NCBI GenBank assembly: GCA_002269645.1 | Contig: NIVC01000264.1 | Coordinates: 311,957 to 375,956, forward strand | DNA from: Macrostomum lignano | Taxonomy: Eukaryota | Direction: 5' to 3' | DNA length: 64,000 nt | Part shown: positions 44,175 through 56,964 of the stretch, piece after piece | How positions within the stretch are numbered: position 1 is the stretch's first letter | How the letters are laid out: every line of letters starts with the position of its first letter | Made by a program: the position numbers and the translations under genes | Notes under the pieces: generated by a model | Database searches by the model: none | What the model saw: the letters and a program-made list of their open reading frames with translations, nothing else | Told to the model about the DNA's origin: nothing

Positions 44175-47100
44175 ATGTCGGAGCACCAGCAACAGATCGA
44201 CCTGTCCGAGGAGGAGATCGCCGAGCTGCACGAGGCCTTCCTGCTGTTTGACAGAGACGGAGGCGGCACCATCTCCGCCAACGAGCTGGGCGACGTCATG
44301 CGCTCGCTCGGCCAGAACCCCTCGGACGAGGAGATCAAGCGGCTTATCGAACAGGTGGACGTCGACGGGAACGGAGAGCTGGACTTCTCCGAGTTCACCA
44401 TCCTCATGATGATGAAGATGAACGATGGAGAGTCAAGCGGCCAGATTCGGGAGGCCTTGAAGGTAAAAATTCGATTGCTGATGGCGTCTACTCCCGCTGT
44501 TCAGTGGCTGAATTCCTCTCAGTTCCCCAGCCCCTCAGTCCTCAGATCCCCAGCCCCTCAGTCCTCAGATCCCTAGCCCCTCAGTCCCCAGATCCCCAGC
44601 CCCTCAGTCCTCAGATCCCCAGCCCCTCAGTCCTCAGATCCCTAGCCCCTCAGTCCTCAAATCCCCAGCCCCTCAGTCCTCAGATCCCCAGCCCCTCAGT
44701 CCTCAGATCCCCAGCCCCTCAGTCCCCAGTTCCCCAGCCCCTCAGTCCTCAGATCCCCAGCCCCTTAGTCCTCAGATCCCCAGCCCCTCAGTCCCCAGAT
44801 CCCCAGCCCCTCAGTCCTCAGATCTCCAGCCCCTCAGTCCCCAGATCCCCAGCCCCTCAGTCCTCAGATCCCCAGCCCATCAGTCCTCAGATCCCCAGCC
44901 CCTCAGTCCCCAGATCCCCAGCCCCTCAGTCCTCAGATCTCCAGCCCCTCAGTCCCCAGATCCCCAGCCCCTCAGTCCTCAGATCCCTAGCCCCTCAGTC
45001 CTCAAATCCCCAGCCCATCAGTCCTCAGATCCCCAGCCCCTCAGTCCTCAGATCCCCAGCCCCTCAGTCCCCAGTTCCCCAGCCCCTCAGTCCTCAGATC
45101 CCAGCCCCTTAGTCCTCAGATCCCCAGCCCCTCAGTCCTCAGATCCCCAGCCCTCAGTCCTCAGATCCCCAGCCCCTCAGTCCTCAGCTCCCCAGTTTGT
45201 CAGTCCTCAGCTCCCCATGCAGTTTCTCAAGTCCTCAGATCCTCAGTTTCTCAAGTCCTCAGATTCTCAGTTTCTCAGTCCTCAGCTGCCCAGTTTCTCA
45301 GTCCTCAGCTGCCCAGTTTCTCAGTCCTCAGCTCCCCAGTTTCTCAGTCCTCAGATCCTCAGTTTCTCAAGTCCTCAGATCCTCAGTTTCTCAGTCCTCA
45401 GATCCTCAGTTTCTCAAGTCCTCAGATCCTCAGTTTCTCAGTCCTCAGCTCCCCAGTTTCTCAGTCCTCAGCTCCCCAGTTTCTCAGTCCTCAGATCCTC
45501 AGTTTCTCAAGTCCTCAGATCCTCAGTTTCTCAGTCCTCAGCTCCCCAGTTTCTCAGTCCTCAGCTCCCCAGTTTCTCAGTCCTCAGATCCTCAGTTTCT
45601 CAAGTCCTCAGATCCTCAGTTTCTCAGTCCGCAGCTCCCCAGTTTCTCAGTCCTCAGCTCCCCAGATTCACCAGTTAAGTTCTAGTATTTTTGTGCACTT
45701 GTCATTTAGCCTACTTGTGCCAAAAGTTCATATGTTAATAATTAAAAAGTACAATTGAGCTTTTCAGTGGAAGAAAGGGCTGGCTTTTATTAGTTTTATT
45801 TAAGCTAATTAACGCAAAACTGACATCAGCTGAATGCACTCTGCGCTCAAACAGCATCTCCACAACAAGCATTAATTACCTGCTGCTTTGGATGCAGCAA
45901 GGAGACTGCTATGATGAACGTGATATTGTAGAATATAGACCCCTTTTGTTTCACTTCTCTTTATGAATACTGTTTTTTTACGTCAGCATCCGTGGCAAAT
46001 TCAGCCACGTGCTCACTCTGCCCATCACTTGAGCCCTCCAGCCTCCTCTGGACAGGTTTTAATTTGACGCAAACGCAACAGAAAGTGTCTAAATATTACA
46101 CAGAAGTTTAATGACAGGAAAACAGGACAAGTTGCTGTTTTTTGCAATGGACAGGTAGACAAAGGGAGGGTATATATAGACAAAAAATCGATGAGCACTA
46201 CTGAGTCTCTTAACGTCTGAGTCCTTGTGATGTCCTCGTGTGAGCTAATCCTTCATCAGGTTGCTTCATCGACAATCCTGTTTCCCACATCACAACATCG
46301 TCTGGCTGCATCAAAGGGACAATTTCTATAATTTATTGTACCATTGTACCACGTGATTAAGCTATGGCGGACCTTCACTACACTAGCCCTTTCGCCCCAT
46401 TCTATTTGTACAATTCTTACCCTCTGTCTGCAGCTACCTCACTCTCCAAGCCCCATTCTATGCGTACATTTCTTACCCCTCTGTCTGCAGCCACCTCACT
46501 TCCCAAGCCCCATTCTATGCGTACATTTCTTACCCCTCTGTCTGCAGCCACCTCACTTCCCAAGCCCCATTCTATGCGTACATTTCTTACCCTCTGTCTG
46601 CAGCCACCTCACTTCCCAAGCCCCATTCTATGCGTACATTTCTTACCCCTCTGTCTGCAGCCACCTCACTTCCCAAGCCCCATTCTATGCGTACATTTCT
46701 TACCCATCTGTATGCAGCCACCTCACTTCCCAAGCCCCATTCTATGCGTACATTTCTTACCCCTCTGTCTGCAGCCACCTCACTTCCCAAGCCCCATTCT
46801 ATGCGTACATTTCTTACCCATCTGTATGCAGCCACCTCACTTCCCAAGCCCCATTCTATGCGTACATTTCTTACCCATCTGTATGCAGCCACCTCACTTC
46901 CCAAGCCCCATTCTATGCGTACATTTCTTACCCATCTGTATGCAGCCACCTCACTTCCCAAGCCCCATTCTATGCGTACATTTCTTACCCATCTGTATGC
47001 AGCCACCTCACTTCCCAAGCCCCATTCTATGCGTACATTTCTTACCCATCTGTATGCAGCCACCTCACTTCCCAAGCCCCATTCTATGCGTACATTTCTT

Positions 47101-47416
47101 ACCCATCTGTATGCAGCCACCTCACTTCCCAAGCCCCATTCTATGCGTACATTTCTTACCCATCTGTATGCAGCCACCTCACTTCCCAAGCCCCATTCTA
47201 TGAGTACATTCACTCGATCCATCTCAACTACAGGTGTTTGATGAAGAAGAGACGGGCAAGCTTCACGTGGACAAGCTCCGGCAGGTGATGGTCAATCTGG
47301 GTGACAGGATGGACCCGGTAGAAGTTGACGAGCTCATCTCACTGCTGGACGTTGACCAGGACGGCAATGTGCAGACTGAGCAGATTGTCTCTGTGCTCAG
47401 CAGCTCGGCCGGGTGA
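44175..47416 (+). CDS. Calmodulin-like EF-hand protein (156 aa), degenerate C-lobe
   Basis: Exon 1 44175-44462 (AAG|GTAAAA) and exon 2 47234-47416 (CTACAG|GTG), phase 0. [56 protein letters not shown]|VFD. About 50% CaM-like by eye, so not calmodulin itself. Confidence 0.9.
44518..45665. repeat. 23-bp CCCAGCCCCTCAGTCCTCAGATC array grading into a related CAGTTTCTCAGTCCTCAG array
   Basis: Starts about 55 nt after the donor of the calmodulin-like intron. Confidence 0.93.
46420..47205. repeat. 57-bp minisatellite directly upstream of the calmodulin-like exon 2 acceptor
   Basis: 14 copies; the 19-aa periodicity of the ORFs here matches 57 bp. Confidence 0.95.
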
Positions 47417-48021
47417 AGATCTTGGACAACAGTGTATATTATTTTTACAAAAGTTACATAAAAACATTGAGAGCTCAAAGGAAAGTTAATTTAGTTAGCT
47501 TTTCATTCAGTTAATATTAATAATTATTTGCAGTCGCATGCAAATTATTGATAGTAGATCCATTTACTCAAATGATGCTTTATTTTTCATACGAAATTGC
47601 GGAACTCTCTCTGCTTTAAATATTACTTACTAGTTAGTAGGCAGTTTGGTGCACAGCTGTTTAAAATTACATGTTATTGCAGGTTTTTCCTCTAATTTCT
47701 TCCTCAGAACATTTTTTTGTAATTTCACACAAAGTCTAGCATGCATGTACATTATTGCTACTGACTCAAGTAGTGCACCAGCTGTAACTGCTTATTTTTG
47801 CCTAATTAATATTGCCGGTCTGCATTTTTACTCCTCTAAAGCCCGCGATATAAACTATTGTTTATTTTCCTATTAAACTAATACTCAACAATATAAACTA
47901 AAAGGATCACAAAATACAACTTTTTGTAGCAAGCATTTTAAAATATTTTTGCACAGTGCTTCGTAATATGATAAACGAATACAAGTGCTCTTAATACTCT
48001 GAGCTCCCACGTCAGCTGATC

Positions 48022-48238
48022 TCAGATTCAGATTCAGATTCAGATTCAGATTCAGATTCAGATTCAGATTCAGATTCAGATTCAGATTCAGATTCAGATT
48101 CAGATTCAGATTCAGATTCAGATTCAGATTCAGATTCAGATTCAGATTCAGATTCAGATTCAGATTCAGATTCAGATTCAGATTCAGATTCAGATTCAGA
48201 TTCAGATTCAGATTCAGATTCAGATTCAGATTCAGATC
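48022..48238. repeat. (AGATTC)n hexamer microsatellite
   Basis: About 36 perfect copies abutting the 44-bp satellite. Confidence 0.96.
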
Positions 48239-51200
48239 CATTCTATTCCTTCATCTGTGATGTGTTGGCTAGATTAGCAATCCATTCTATTCCTTCATCT
48301 GTGATGTGTTGGCTAGATTAGCAATCCATTCTATTCCTTCATCTGTGATGTGTTGGCTAGATTAGCAATCCATTCTATTCCTTCATCTGTGATGTGTTGG
48401 CTAGATTAGCAATCCATTCTATTCCTTCATCTGTGATGTGTTGGCTAGATTAGCAATCCATTCTATTCCTTCATCTGTGATGTGTTGGCTAGATTAGCAA
48501 TCCATTCTATTCCTTCATCTGTGATGTGTTGGCTAGATTAGCAATCCATTCTATTCCTTCATCTGTGATGTGTTGGCTAGATTAGCAATCCATTCTATTC
48601 CTTCATCTGTGATGTGTTGGCTAGATTAGCAATCCATTCTATTCCTTCATCTGTGATGTGTTGGCTAGATTAGCAATCCATTCTATTCCTTCATCTGTGA
48701 TGTGTTGGCTAGATTAGTGTAGTGCATGCGCCCTTGTCAGTTGGCAGGGCGCGTTGCACTTTGGGGCTGGTTGGGGGGGTTGGCGGGCGTGGCAGGGTTT
48801 GGCCGCCGGCCGGGCTTTGCGCGTGCCCCTCCCCAGCCGTGCCCCTGCCCCGTGCTCAGGGCTGGTTGGCTGCGGCCGGGCCAGCTTTGGCGCGGGTGCT
48901 GCCCCTCCCCCCTTAGGCGGGGTTTTGATTGGCTGGGCCGGCGTGGTTTGTTTTGGTGAGCTTAGCCGGTGGGGCCGTCTGCCCCAGGGTTTGGGTGCTA
49001 TTTATGGTGCGACTCTGGCTCTTGCCCACCACCTGCGTGCTTTTTGTGTTTTGGTGTGCTCCGAGAGTGCAAGCGCGAGACCTGATAAAAGAAACAGCAA
49101 CATTAGCTACTTCGATAAAAGAAACAGCAACATTAGCTACTTGGATAAAAGAAACACAATAGCCTAATCGAGAAGAGTCTTGGAGAATTAAGAAGAAGTC
49201 GGAAACTGCGCTGAGACCTGCGAATAATAAACGGTGAACAGTCATCTGGCCACTGGTAAGCCGCCTGCTGTTTGAGTCCTTTCTTTCCGGGAAGCTTGCT
49301 AGGCCGAATTCTTGCCAGAGCGTCATAACGCCGGGAGACCATATAGCTTCTGTAGTACGGTACCGTTTACCATATATATTGCGTACGCCCTACGGTATAG
49401 AGAATAGAAGCACTCGAGAGTGTCACCACACCTCGAGCCGCAGCGTGAACTCTGAGTGTCACAACACCAGAGGGATCGAATTATTATCGCAGAGCGTCGC
49501 CACGCCTGCTCGTCGTATTCATAAAAGTACAGACAGAGCGTCACAACGCCTGTTATATCACATATAATATATATTGTACTCTGGACTGGGCACCCAAGCC
49601 GACCCGGGTTACAACATTAGCAATCCATTCTATTCCTTCATCTGTGATGTGTTGGCTAGATTAGCAATCCATTCTATTCCTTCATCTGTGATGTGTTGGC
49701 TAGATTAGCAATCCATTCTATTCCTTCATCTGTGATGTGTTGGCTAGATTAGCAATCCATTCTATTCCTTCATCTGTGATGTGTTGGCTAGATTAGCAAT
49801 CCATTCTATTCCTTCATCTGTGATGTGTTGGCTAGATTAGCAATCCATTCTATTCCTTCATCTGTGATGTGTTGGCTAGATTAGCAATCCATTCTATTCC
49901 TTCATCTGTGATGTGTTAGATAGATTAGCAATCCATTCTATTCCTTCATCTGTGATGTGTTGGCTAGATTAGCAATCCATTCTATTCCTTCATCTGTGAT
50001 GTGTTGGCTAGATTAGCAATCCATTCTATTCCTTCATCTGTGATGTGTTGGCTAGATTAGCAATCCATTCTATTCCTTCATCTGTGATGTGTTGGCTAGA
50101 TTAGCAATCCATTCTATTCCTCCATCAGGGATGTTGGCTAGATTAGCAATCCATTCTATTCCTTCATGTGTCATGTGTTGGCTAGATTAGCAATCCATTC
50201 TATTCCTTCATGTGTGATGTTTTAGCTAGATTAGCAATCCATTCTATTCCTTTATCTGTGATGTTGGCTAGATTAGCAATCCATTCTATTCCTCCATTCT
50301 ATTCCTTTATCTGTGATGTTGGCTAGATTAGCAATCCATTCTATTCCTCCATCAGGGATGTTGGCTAGATTAGCAATCCATTCTATTCCTTCATGTGTCA
50401 TGTGTTGGCTAGATTAGCAATCCATTCTATTCCTTCATCTGTGATGTGTTGGCTAGATTAGCAATCCATTCTATTCCTCCATCAGGGATGTTGGCTAGAT
50501 TAGCAATCCATTCTATTCCTTCATGTGTCATGTGTTGGCTAGATTAGCAATCCATTCTATTCCTTCATGTGTGATGTTTTAGCTAGATTAGCAATCCATT
50601 CTATTCCTTTATCTGTGATGTTGGCTAGATTAGCAATCCATTCTATTCCTCCATTCTATTCCTTTATCTGTGATGTTGGCTAGATTAGCAATCCATTCTA
50701 TTCCTCCATCAGGGATGTTGGCTAGATTAGCAATCCATTCTATTCCTTCATCTGTGATGTGTTGGCTAGATTAGCAATCCATTCTATTCCTTCATCTGTG
50801 ATGTGTTGGCTAGATTAGCAATCCATTCTATTCCTTCATCTGTGATGTGTTGGCTAGATTAGCAATCCATTCTATTCCTTCATCTGTGATGTGTTGGCTA
50901 GATTAGCAATCCATTCTATTCCTTCATCTGTGATGTGTTGGCTAGATTAGCAATCCATTCTATTCCTCCATCAAGGGATGTTGGCTAGATTAGCAATCCA
51001 TTCTATTCCTTCATCTGTGATGTGTTGGCTAGATTAGCAATCCATTCTATTCCTTCATCTGTGATGTGTTGGCTAGATTAGCAATCCATTCTATTCCTTC
51101 ATCTGTGATGTGTTGGCTAGATTAGCAATCCATTCTATTCCTCCATCAGGGATGTTGGCTAGATTAGCAATCCATTCTATTCCTTCATCTGTGATGTGTT

Positions 51201-52740
51201 GGCTAGATTAGCAATCCATTCTATTCCTCCATCAGGGATGTTGGCTAGATTAGCAATCCATTCTATTCCTTCATCTGTGATGCGTTGGCTAGATTAGCAA
51301 TCCATTCTATTCCTCCATCAGGGATGTTGGCTAGATTAGCAATCCATTCTATTCCTTCATCTGTGATGTGTTGGCTAGATTAGCAATCCATTCTATTCCT
51401 CCATCAGGGATGTTGGCTAGATTAGCAATCCATTCTATTCCTTCATCTGTGATGTGTTGGCTAGATTAGCAATCCATTCTATTCCTTTATCTGTGATGTT
51501 GGCTAGATTAGCAATCCATTCTATTCCTTCATCTGTGATGTGTTGGCTAGATTAGCAATCCATTCTATTCCTTCATCTGTGATGTGTTGGCTAGATTAGC
51601 AATCCATTCTATTCCTTCATCTGTGATGTGTTGGCTAGATTAGCAATCCATTCTATTCCTTCATCTGTGATGTGTTGGCTAGATTAGCAATCCATTCTAT
51701 TCTTTCATCTGTGATGTGTTGGCTAGATTAGCAATCCATTCTATTCCTTCATCTGTGATGTGTTGGCTAGATTAGCAATCCATTCTATTCCTTCATCTGT
51801 GATGTGTTGGCTAGATTAGCAATCCATTCTATTCCTTCATCTGTGATGTGTTGGCTAGATTAGCAATCCATTCTATTCCTTCATCTGTGATGTGTTGGCT
51901 AGATTAGCAATCCATTCTATTCCTTCATCTGTGATGTGTTGGCTAGATTAGCAATCCATTCTATTCCTTCATCTGTGATGTGTTGGCTAGATTAGCAATC
52001 CATTCTATTCCTTCATCTGTGATGTGTTGGCTAGATTAGCAATCCATTCTATTCCTTCATCTGTGATGTGTTGGCTAGATTAGCAATCCATTCTATTCCT
52101 TCATCTGTGATGTGTTGGCTAGATTAGCAATCCATTCTATTCCTTCATCTGTGATGTGTTGGCTAGATTAGCAATCCATTCTATTCCTTCATCTGTGATG
52201 TGTTGGCTAGATTAGCAATCCATTCTATTCCTCCATCAGGGATGTTGGCTAGATTAGCAATCCATTCTATTCCTCCATCAGGGATGTTGGCTAGATTAGC
52301 AATCCATTCTATTCCTTCATGTGTGATGTTTTAGCTAGATTAGCAATCCATTCTATTCCTTTATCTGTGATGTTGGCTAGATTAGCAATCCATTCTATTC
52401 CATCTTCAATGATGCAGGCTAGATTAGCAATCCATTTTATTCCTTCATGTGTCATGTGTTGGCTAGATTAGCAATCCATTCTATTCCTTCATCTGTGATG
52501 TTTTAGCTAGATTAGCAATCCATTCTATTCCTTTATGTGTCATGTGTTGGCTAGATTAGCAATCCATTCTATTCCTTCATCTGTGATGTGTTGGCTAGAT
52601 TAGCAATCCATTCTATTCCTCCATCAGGGATGTTGGCTAGATTAGCAATCCATTCTATTCCATCTTCAATGATGCAGGCTAGATTAGCAATCCATTCTAT
52701 CCCTTCATCCGTGATGTTGGCTAGATAAGCAATCCATTCT
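48238..52740. repeat. 44-bp satellite ATTAGCAATCCATTCTATTCCTTCATCTGTGATGTGTTGGCTAG (42-bp variants), interrupted by a solo LTR
   Basis: About 80 copies over about 3.6 kb plus a 0.9-kb insertion. Confidence 0.96.
48718..49616 (+). mobile_element. Solo LTR (899 bp) of an LTR retrotransposon, probably Ty3/Gypsy-type
   Basis: Starts TGTAG, ends CAACA (TG...CA); 4-bp TSD TTAG at 48714-48717 and 49617-49620; the satellite resumes in phase. Internal ATTGG (48928), TATTTAT (48999), AATAAA (49226) and a 30-bp direct repeat near 49084-49150; no coding capacity. Confidence 0.85.
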
Positions 52741-53429
52741 AATTTTTGCACCCATTTCCACCCTAATGCCAATAAAATGAGCCAACTCAGCTCCTCATAA
52801 AAGATTCAAACGAACCCGCGCAGAAGACAAGGTTTGCCTCACTGCCGATAACGACTCAAATTGCCATTTTGGGATTGAATTTTGAGCAACAGGAGACACG
52901 AGCCGACTGCTCCTTGCACGCCCGGTAAGCAAACTCAGTAAGGCTACCTTGGGCGCAAAGTTTGCTTAGCAGCCTGCTTTCGTGTGTTTGCCCTCCCTTC
53001 CCCCCTGACTGCAAACTGTGGAACATTGTGGGCCCTGTCCGCTCACCCTTGCCCTTTTTCTCCTACATCTAAACTCACTTGATGCGATCTCAATGCAAGC
53101 TGAGTGAACTGGAGTTTGAGTTAACTTAACTTTAAAACTGTCCGCTTCATACACAACTAACTGGCTTCAACGCGCATTTTTTATGGAAAAAGTGCACAGC
53201 GTTAGAAACTGTGTGCAGCTTCTCTTCCAGTCAAATGATGAAGGAATATTGACTGGCAACTATTGAAAATGGTTGGGCTTGTTCGATGACTGTTCAGCTT
53301 TAACTGGGGCTTCCGTCAGGGCAAGAGCAGTTATCTGAATTCCGGTGGCCTCTCAGAAAATCTTAACTGACTGATTTGACTTCGGGACTTTGAGGCTTCC
53401 TGAGTTCCAACTGTGTTCTTTCTTTTCTC

Positions 53430-54440
53430 CTCTGCTCTGCTCTCCTCCTCTCCTATCCCCTTCTCTCCTCTCCTCTCCTCTCCCTTCCTCTCCTCTCCTC
53501 TCCTCTGCTCTCCTCTCCTCTCCTCTCCTCTCCTCTCATCTCCTCTCCTCTCCTCTCCTCTCCTCTCATCTCCTCTCCTCTCCTCTCCTCTCTTCTCCTC
53601 TCCTCTGCTCTTCTCTCCTCTCCTCTCCTCTCCTCTCCTCTCCTCTCCTCTCTCTCCTCTCATCTCCTCTCCTCTCCTCTCCTCTCCTCTCCTCTCCTCT
53701 CCTCTCCTCTCCTCTCCTCTCCTCTCCTCTCCTCTCCTCTCCTCTCCTCTCCTCTCCTCTCCTCTCTCTCCTCTCCTCTCCTCTCTCTCTCCTCTCTCTC
53801 TCATCTCCTCTCCTCTCATCTCCTCTCCTCTCCTCTCCTCTCCTCTCCTCTCATCTCCTCTCCTCTCCTCTCCTCTCCTCTCCTCTCCTCTCCTCTCCTC
53901 TCATCTCCTCTCCTCTCCTCTCCTCTCCTCTCCTCTCCTCTCCTCTCCTCTCCTCTCCTCTCCTCTCCTCTCCTCTCATCTCCTCTCCTCTCCTCTCATC
54001 TCCTCTCCTCTCATCTCTCTCTCCCTCTCCTCTCCTCTCCTCTCCTCTCCTCTCCTCTCCTCTCTCTCTCTCTCTCTCTCCTCTCCTCTTCTCTCCTCTC
54101 CTCTCCTCTTCTCTCCTCTCCTCTCCTCTCCTCTCCTCTCCTCTCCTCTAATCTCCTCTCCTCTCCCTCCTCTCCTCTCCTCTCCTCTCCTCTCCTCTCC
54201 TCTCCTCTCCTCTCCTCTCCTCTAATCTCCTCTCCTCTCCTCTCCTCTAATCTCCTCTCCTCTCCTCTCCTCTCCTCTCCTCTCCTCTCCTCTGCTCTCC
54301 TCTGCTCTCCTCTGCTCTCCTCTGCTCTGCTCTCCTCTCCTCTCCTCTCCTCTCTCTCTCTCCTCTCCTCTCCTCTCCTCTCCTCTCCTCTCCTCTTCTC
54401 TTCTCTCCTCTGCTCTCCTCTCCTCTCCTCTCCTCTCCTC
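53430..54440. repeat. (CTCCT)n pentamer polypyrimidine tract, about 1 kb
   Basis: Read directly; ends in TTTCTCCTGCAG. Confidence 0.96.
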
Positions 54441-54934
54441 CTTTCTCCTGCAGTCAAAAAATGTTCGAACTTACTCAAGCAATTATCTCGCTAAGACCTT
54501 TATTTATGAGTTAATTATTGCAACTCTTTCTATTCTTAGAAACTAAGCCCATCTGACTGACCAGGTGCGCCTGAGAAAGCTCAGACCTCACAAGTTGAGC
54601 CATCATTCAAGTCTCAATCGACCCCCTGCTGTCTCGGCCCTCTCAACGGTGGCCACTTAATTGCTTTGTCTCACCCAGAGGCTCGAGAGATCGTTCCCAT
54701 GATGGGGGGACCGACTGAGCACCCCCGCCGCGGCTGCAGAGTGGCCAATCAGAGACTTACTCAAAAGTTTCGCAGTGGACTATCAAAAGCTCATAAAACA
54801 CTTCTGTTAAAACTCAGTTTATATTTAATTTGATGTAATCTCACTCTGTAGCAACTGTATTATCAACCGATTGAATCTAAAAGACCAAGGATGTCTATTC
54901 TGTCTCGAGCCGCCGAGCGGGACGCCGCGCGGCC

Positions 54935-55432
54935 ATGGCAGACCTGGACACGGCCAAGCAGCTGGACCAGAGGCGGCATCGAAGGCAGGTTGAGCAGACT
55001 CGCGGCGAACTCAAAGACCTCATCCTTTCCAAGTACGTCCACCAGCGACACAGCCACTGCACCGCGGCCGACCAGGAGGCTGACCAGGACGGCAAAGATT
55101 CACTGCCAAGAGCTGGTGGGTCCCTGTTCCCCGGCGGCTGCCGCAACAGCCTCGCCCTCCGCCGCTACATGGCAGAGGAGAAGGCCCGCCTCGGCCAGCG
55201 GCTGTCGCCAAGGCGCCGACGCCGCCAGCTGGTCAGCCGTCAGCGCCAGGCGCTGGTCCCGTTCCCAGAGCACATCATCTCGCCGGGGAGAACGACCAGC
55301 GGCATTCTGAGAGAATTCCGAAAGTTCAAGGATGGTCGCAGGGAGACTGAAGATGAAGAAGGAGGCGACTCCATTAACAGCAGAATGCAGTCCATGTCTC
55401 TGGTGGATTTTGGCAAGCCTCCTCTTGTGTAA
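54935..55432 (+). CDS. Hypothetical protein (at least 165 aa); gene model unresolved
   Basis: GC-rich non-repetitive ORF with protein-like composition. The stop TAA overlaps a GTAAGT donor at 55429, and a further coding-like stretch (RDRLEQRRQRQLQQEQ...DSDEDEIPSVN*) follows the (TAC)n tract. No homolog recognised. Confidence 0.45.
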   Translation: MADLDTAKQLDQRRHRRQVEQTRGELKDLILSKYVHQRHSHCTAADQEADQDGKDSLPRAGGSLFPGGCRNSLALRRYMAEEKARLGQRLSPRRRRRQLVSRQRQALVPFPEHIISPGRTTSGILREFRKFKDGRRETEDEEGGDSINSRMQSMSLVDFGKPPLV

Positions 55433-55433
55433 G

Positions 55434-55930
<497 letters not shown>

Positions 55931-56371
55931 ATCCCCAAGGCTTCCGCTGGCATCCTCTTCCTGGCTGGGCACGCGAGACCGGCTGGAGCAGCGACGCCAG
56001 AGGCAGCTGCAGCAGGAGCAACAGCAGCAGCAGGAGGCTGTGATGCAGAATGCCAGAAGAGTCCGTGAGAAGCGGAATCGAGCCTACCTGACAACTTTTG
56101 ACTCAGATGAGGACGAGATTCCGTCTGTTAATTAATTGATCGGACCATGCTAATGGATGCGATGTACTTTTAAGCTCAATTCTACACTGATAAGAGTACA
56201 ATCATAACAGCAGCATGTTATAAACAAGGCAATTAAAAAATTGTTAGACATTGCGTCAGTCTTTTTTAAAAAATACATTGAACTGAGTCTTGCATCGCTA
56301 CTTCCAGTAGAAATAGAGATTCATACTCTCGAAATTTAGGAAATTTCTTTATTTTCCGATTTTGGAACACA

Positions 56372-56620
56372 GCGATGATCCCGACTGTGGAGCTCGGCGA
56401 TGATCCCGACTGTAGAGCTCGGCGATGATCCCGACTGTGGAACTCTCTGTTGATCCCGACTGTGGAACTCTCTGATGATCCCGACTGTGGAACTCTCTGA
56501 TGATCCCGACTGAAGAACTCTCTGATGATCCCGACTGTGGAGCTCGGCGATGATCCCGACTGTAGAACTCTCTGATGGGGACTGTAGTGTAGCACTTGGC
56601 GATGATCCCGAGTGTGGAAC
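56372..56620. repeat. About 24-bp minisatellite GATGATCCCGACTGTGGA(ACTCTCT/GCTCGGC)
   Basis: About 10 copies. Confidence 0.88.
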
Positions 56621-56964
56621 TCGGCCATGAACACGCCATTAGATGATTTAACACAGTGTAATCATCAATCAATTCATGCAATCAGTTCATACTACTTTCA
56701 TCATGTATTGCACAGAATCCCAAGGCACGGAGCAAGCTGCTTTACTCATCCTATACTTTCCTCCCAACTGTCTTCCCGATGCAATTTCACAAGAAAGAAC
56801 ACGCCACCAGCTCAGTGCAGCAACACAAAAGAGCTTTTGTTCTCTTCAGGCATTTTCTAGCCAGATAAAAGTAGCAGGCAGCACAGGAAGCAGGACACAT
56901 AATTGGCAGTCTGAATTTCCCGGAACAAAAACCTGCGCTAAAGTGGCCCTTAGCAACGAAATCC

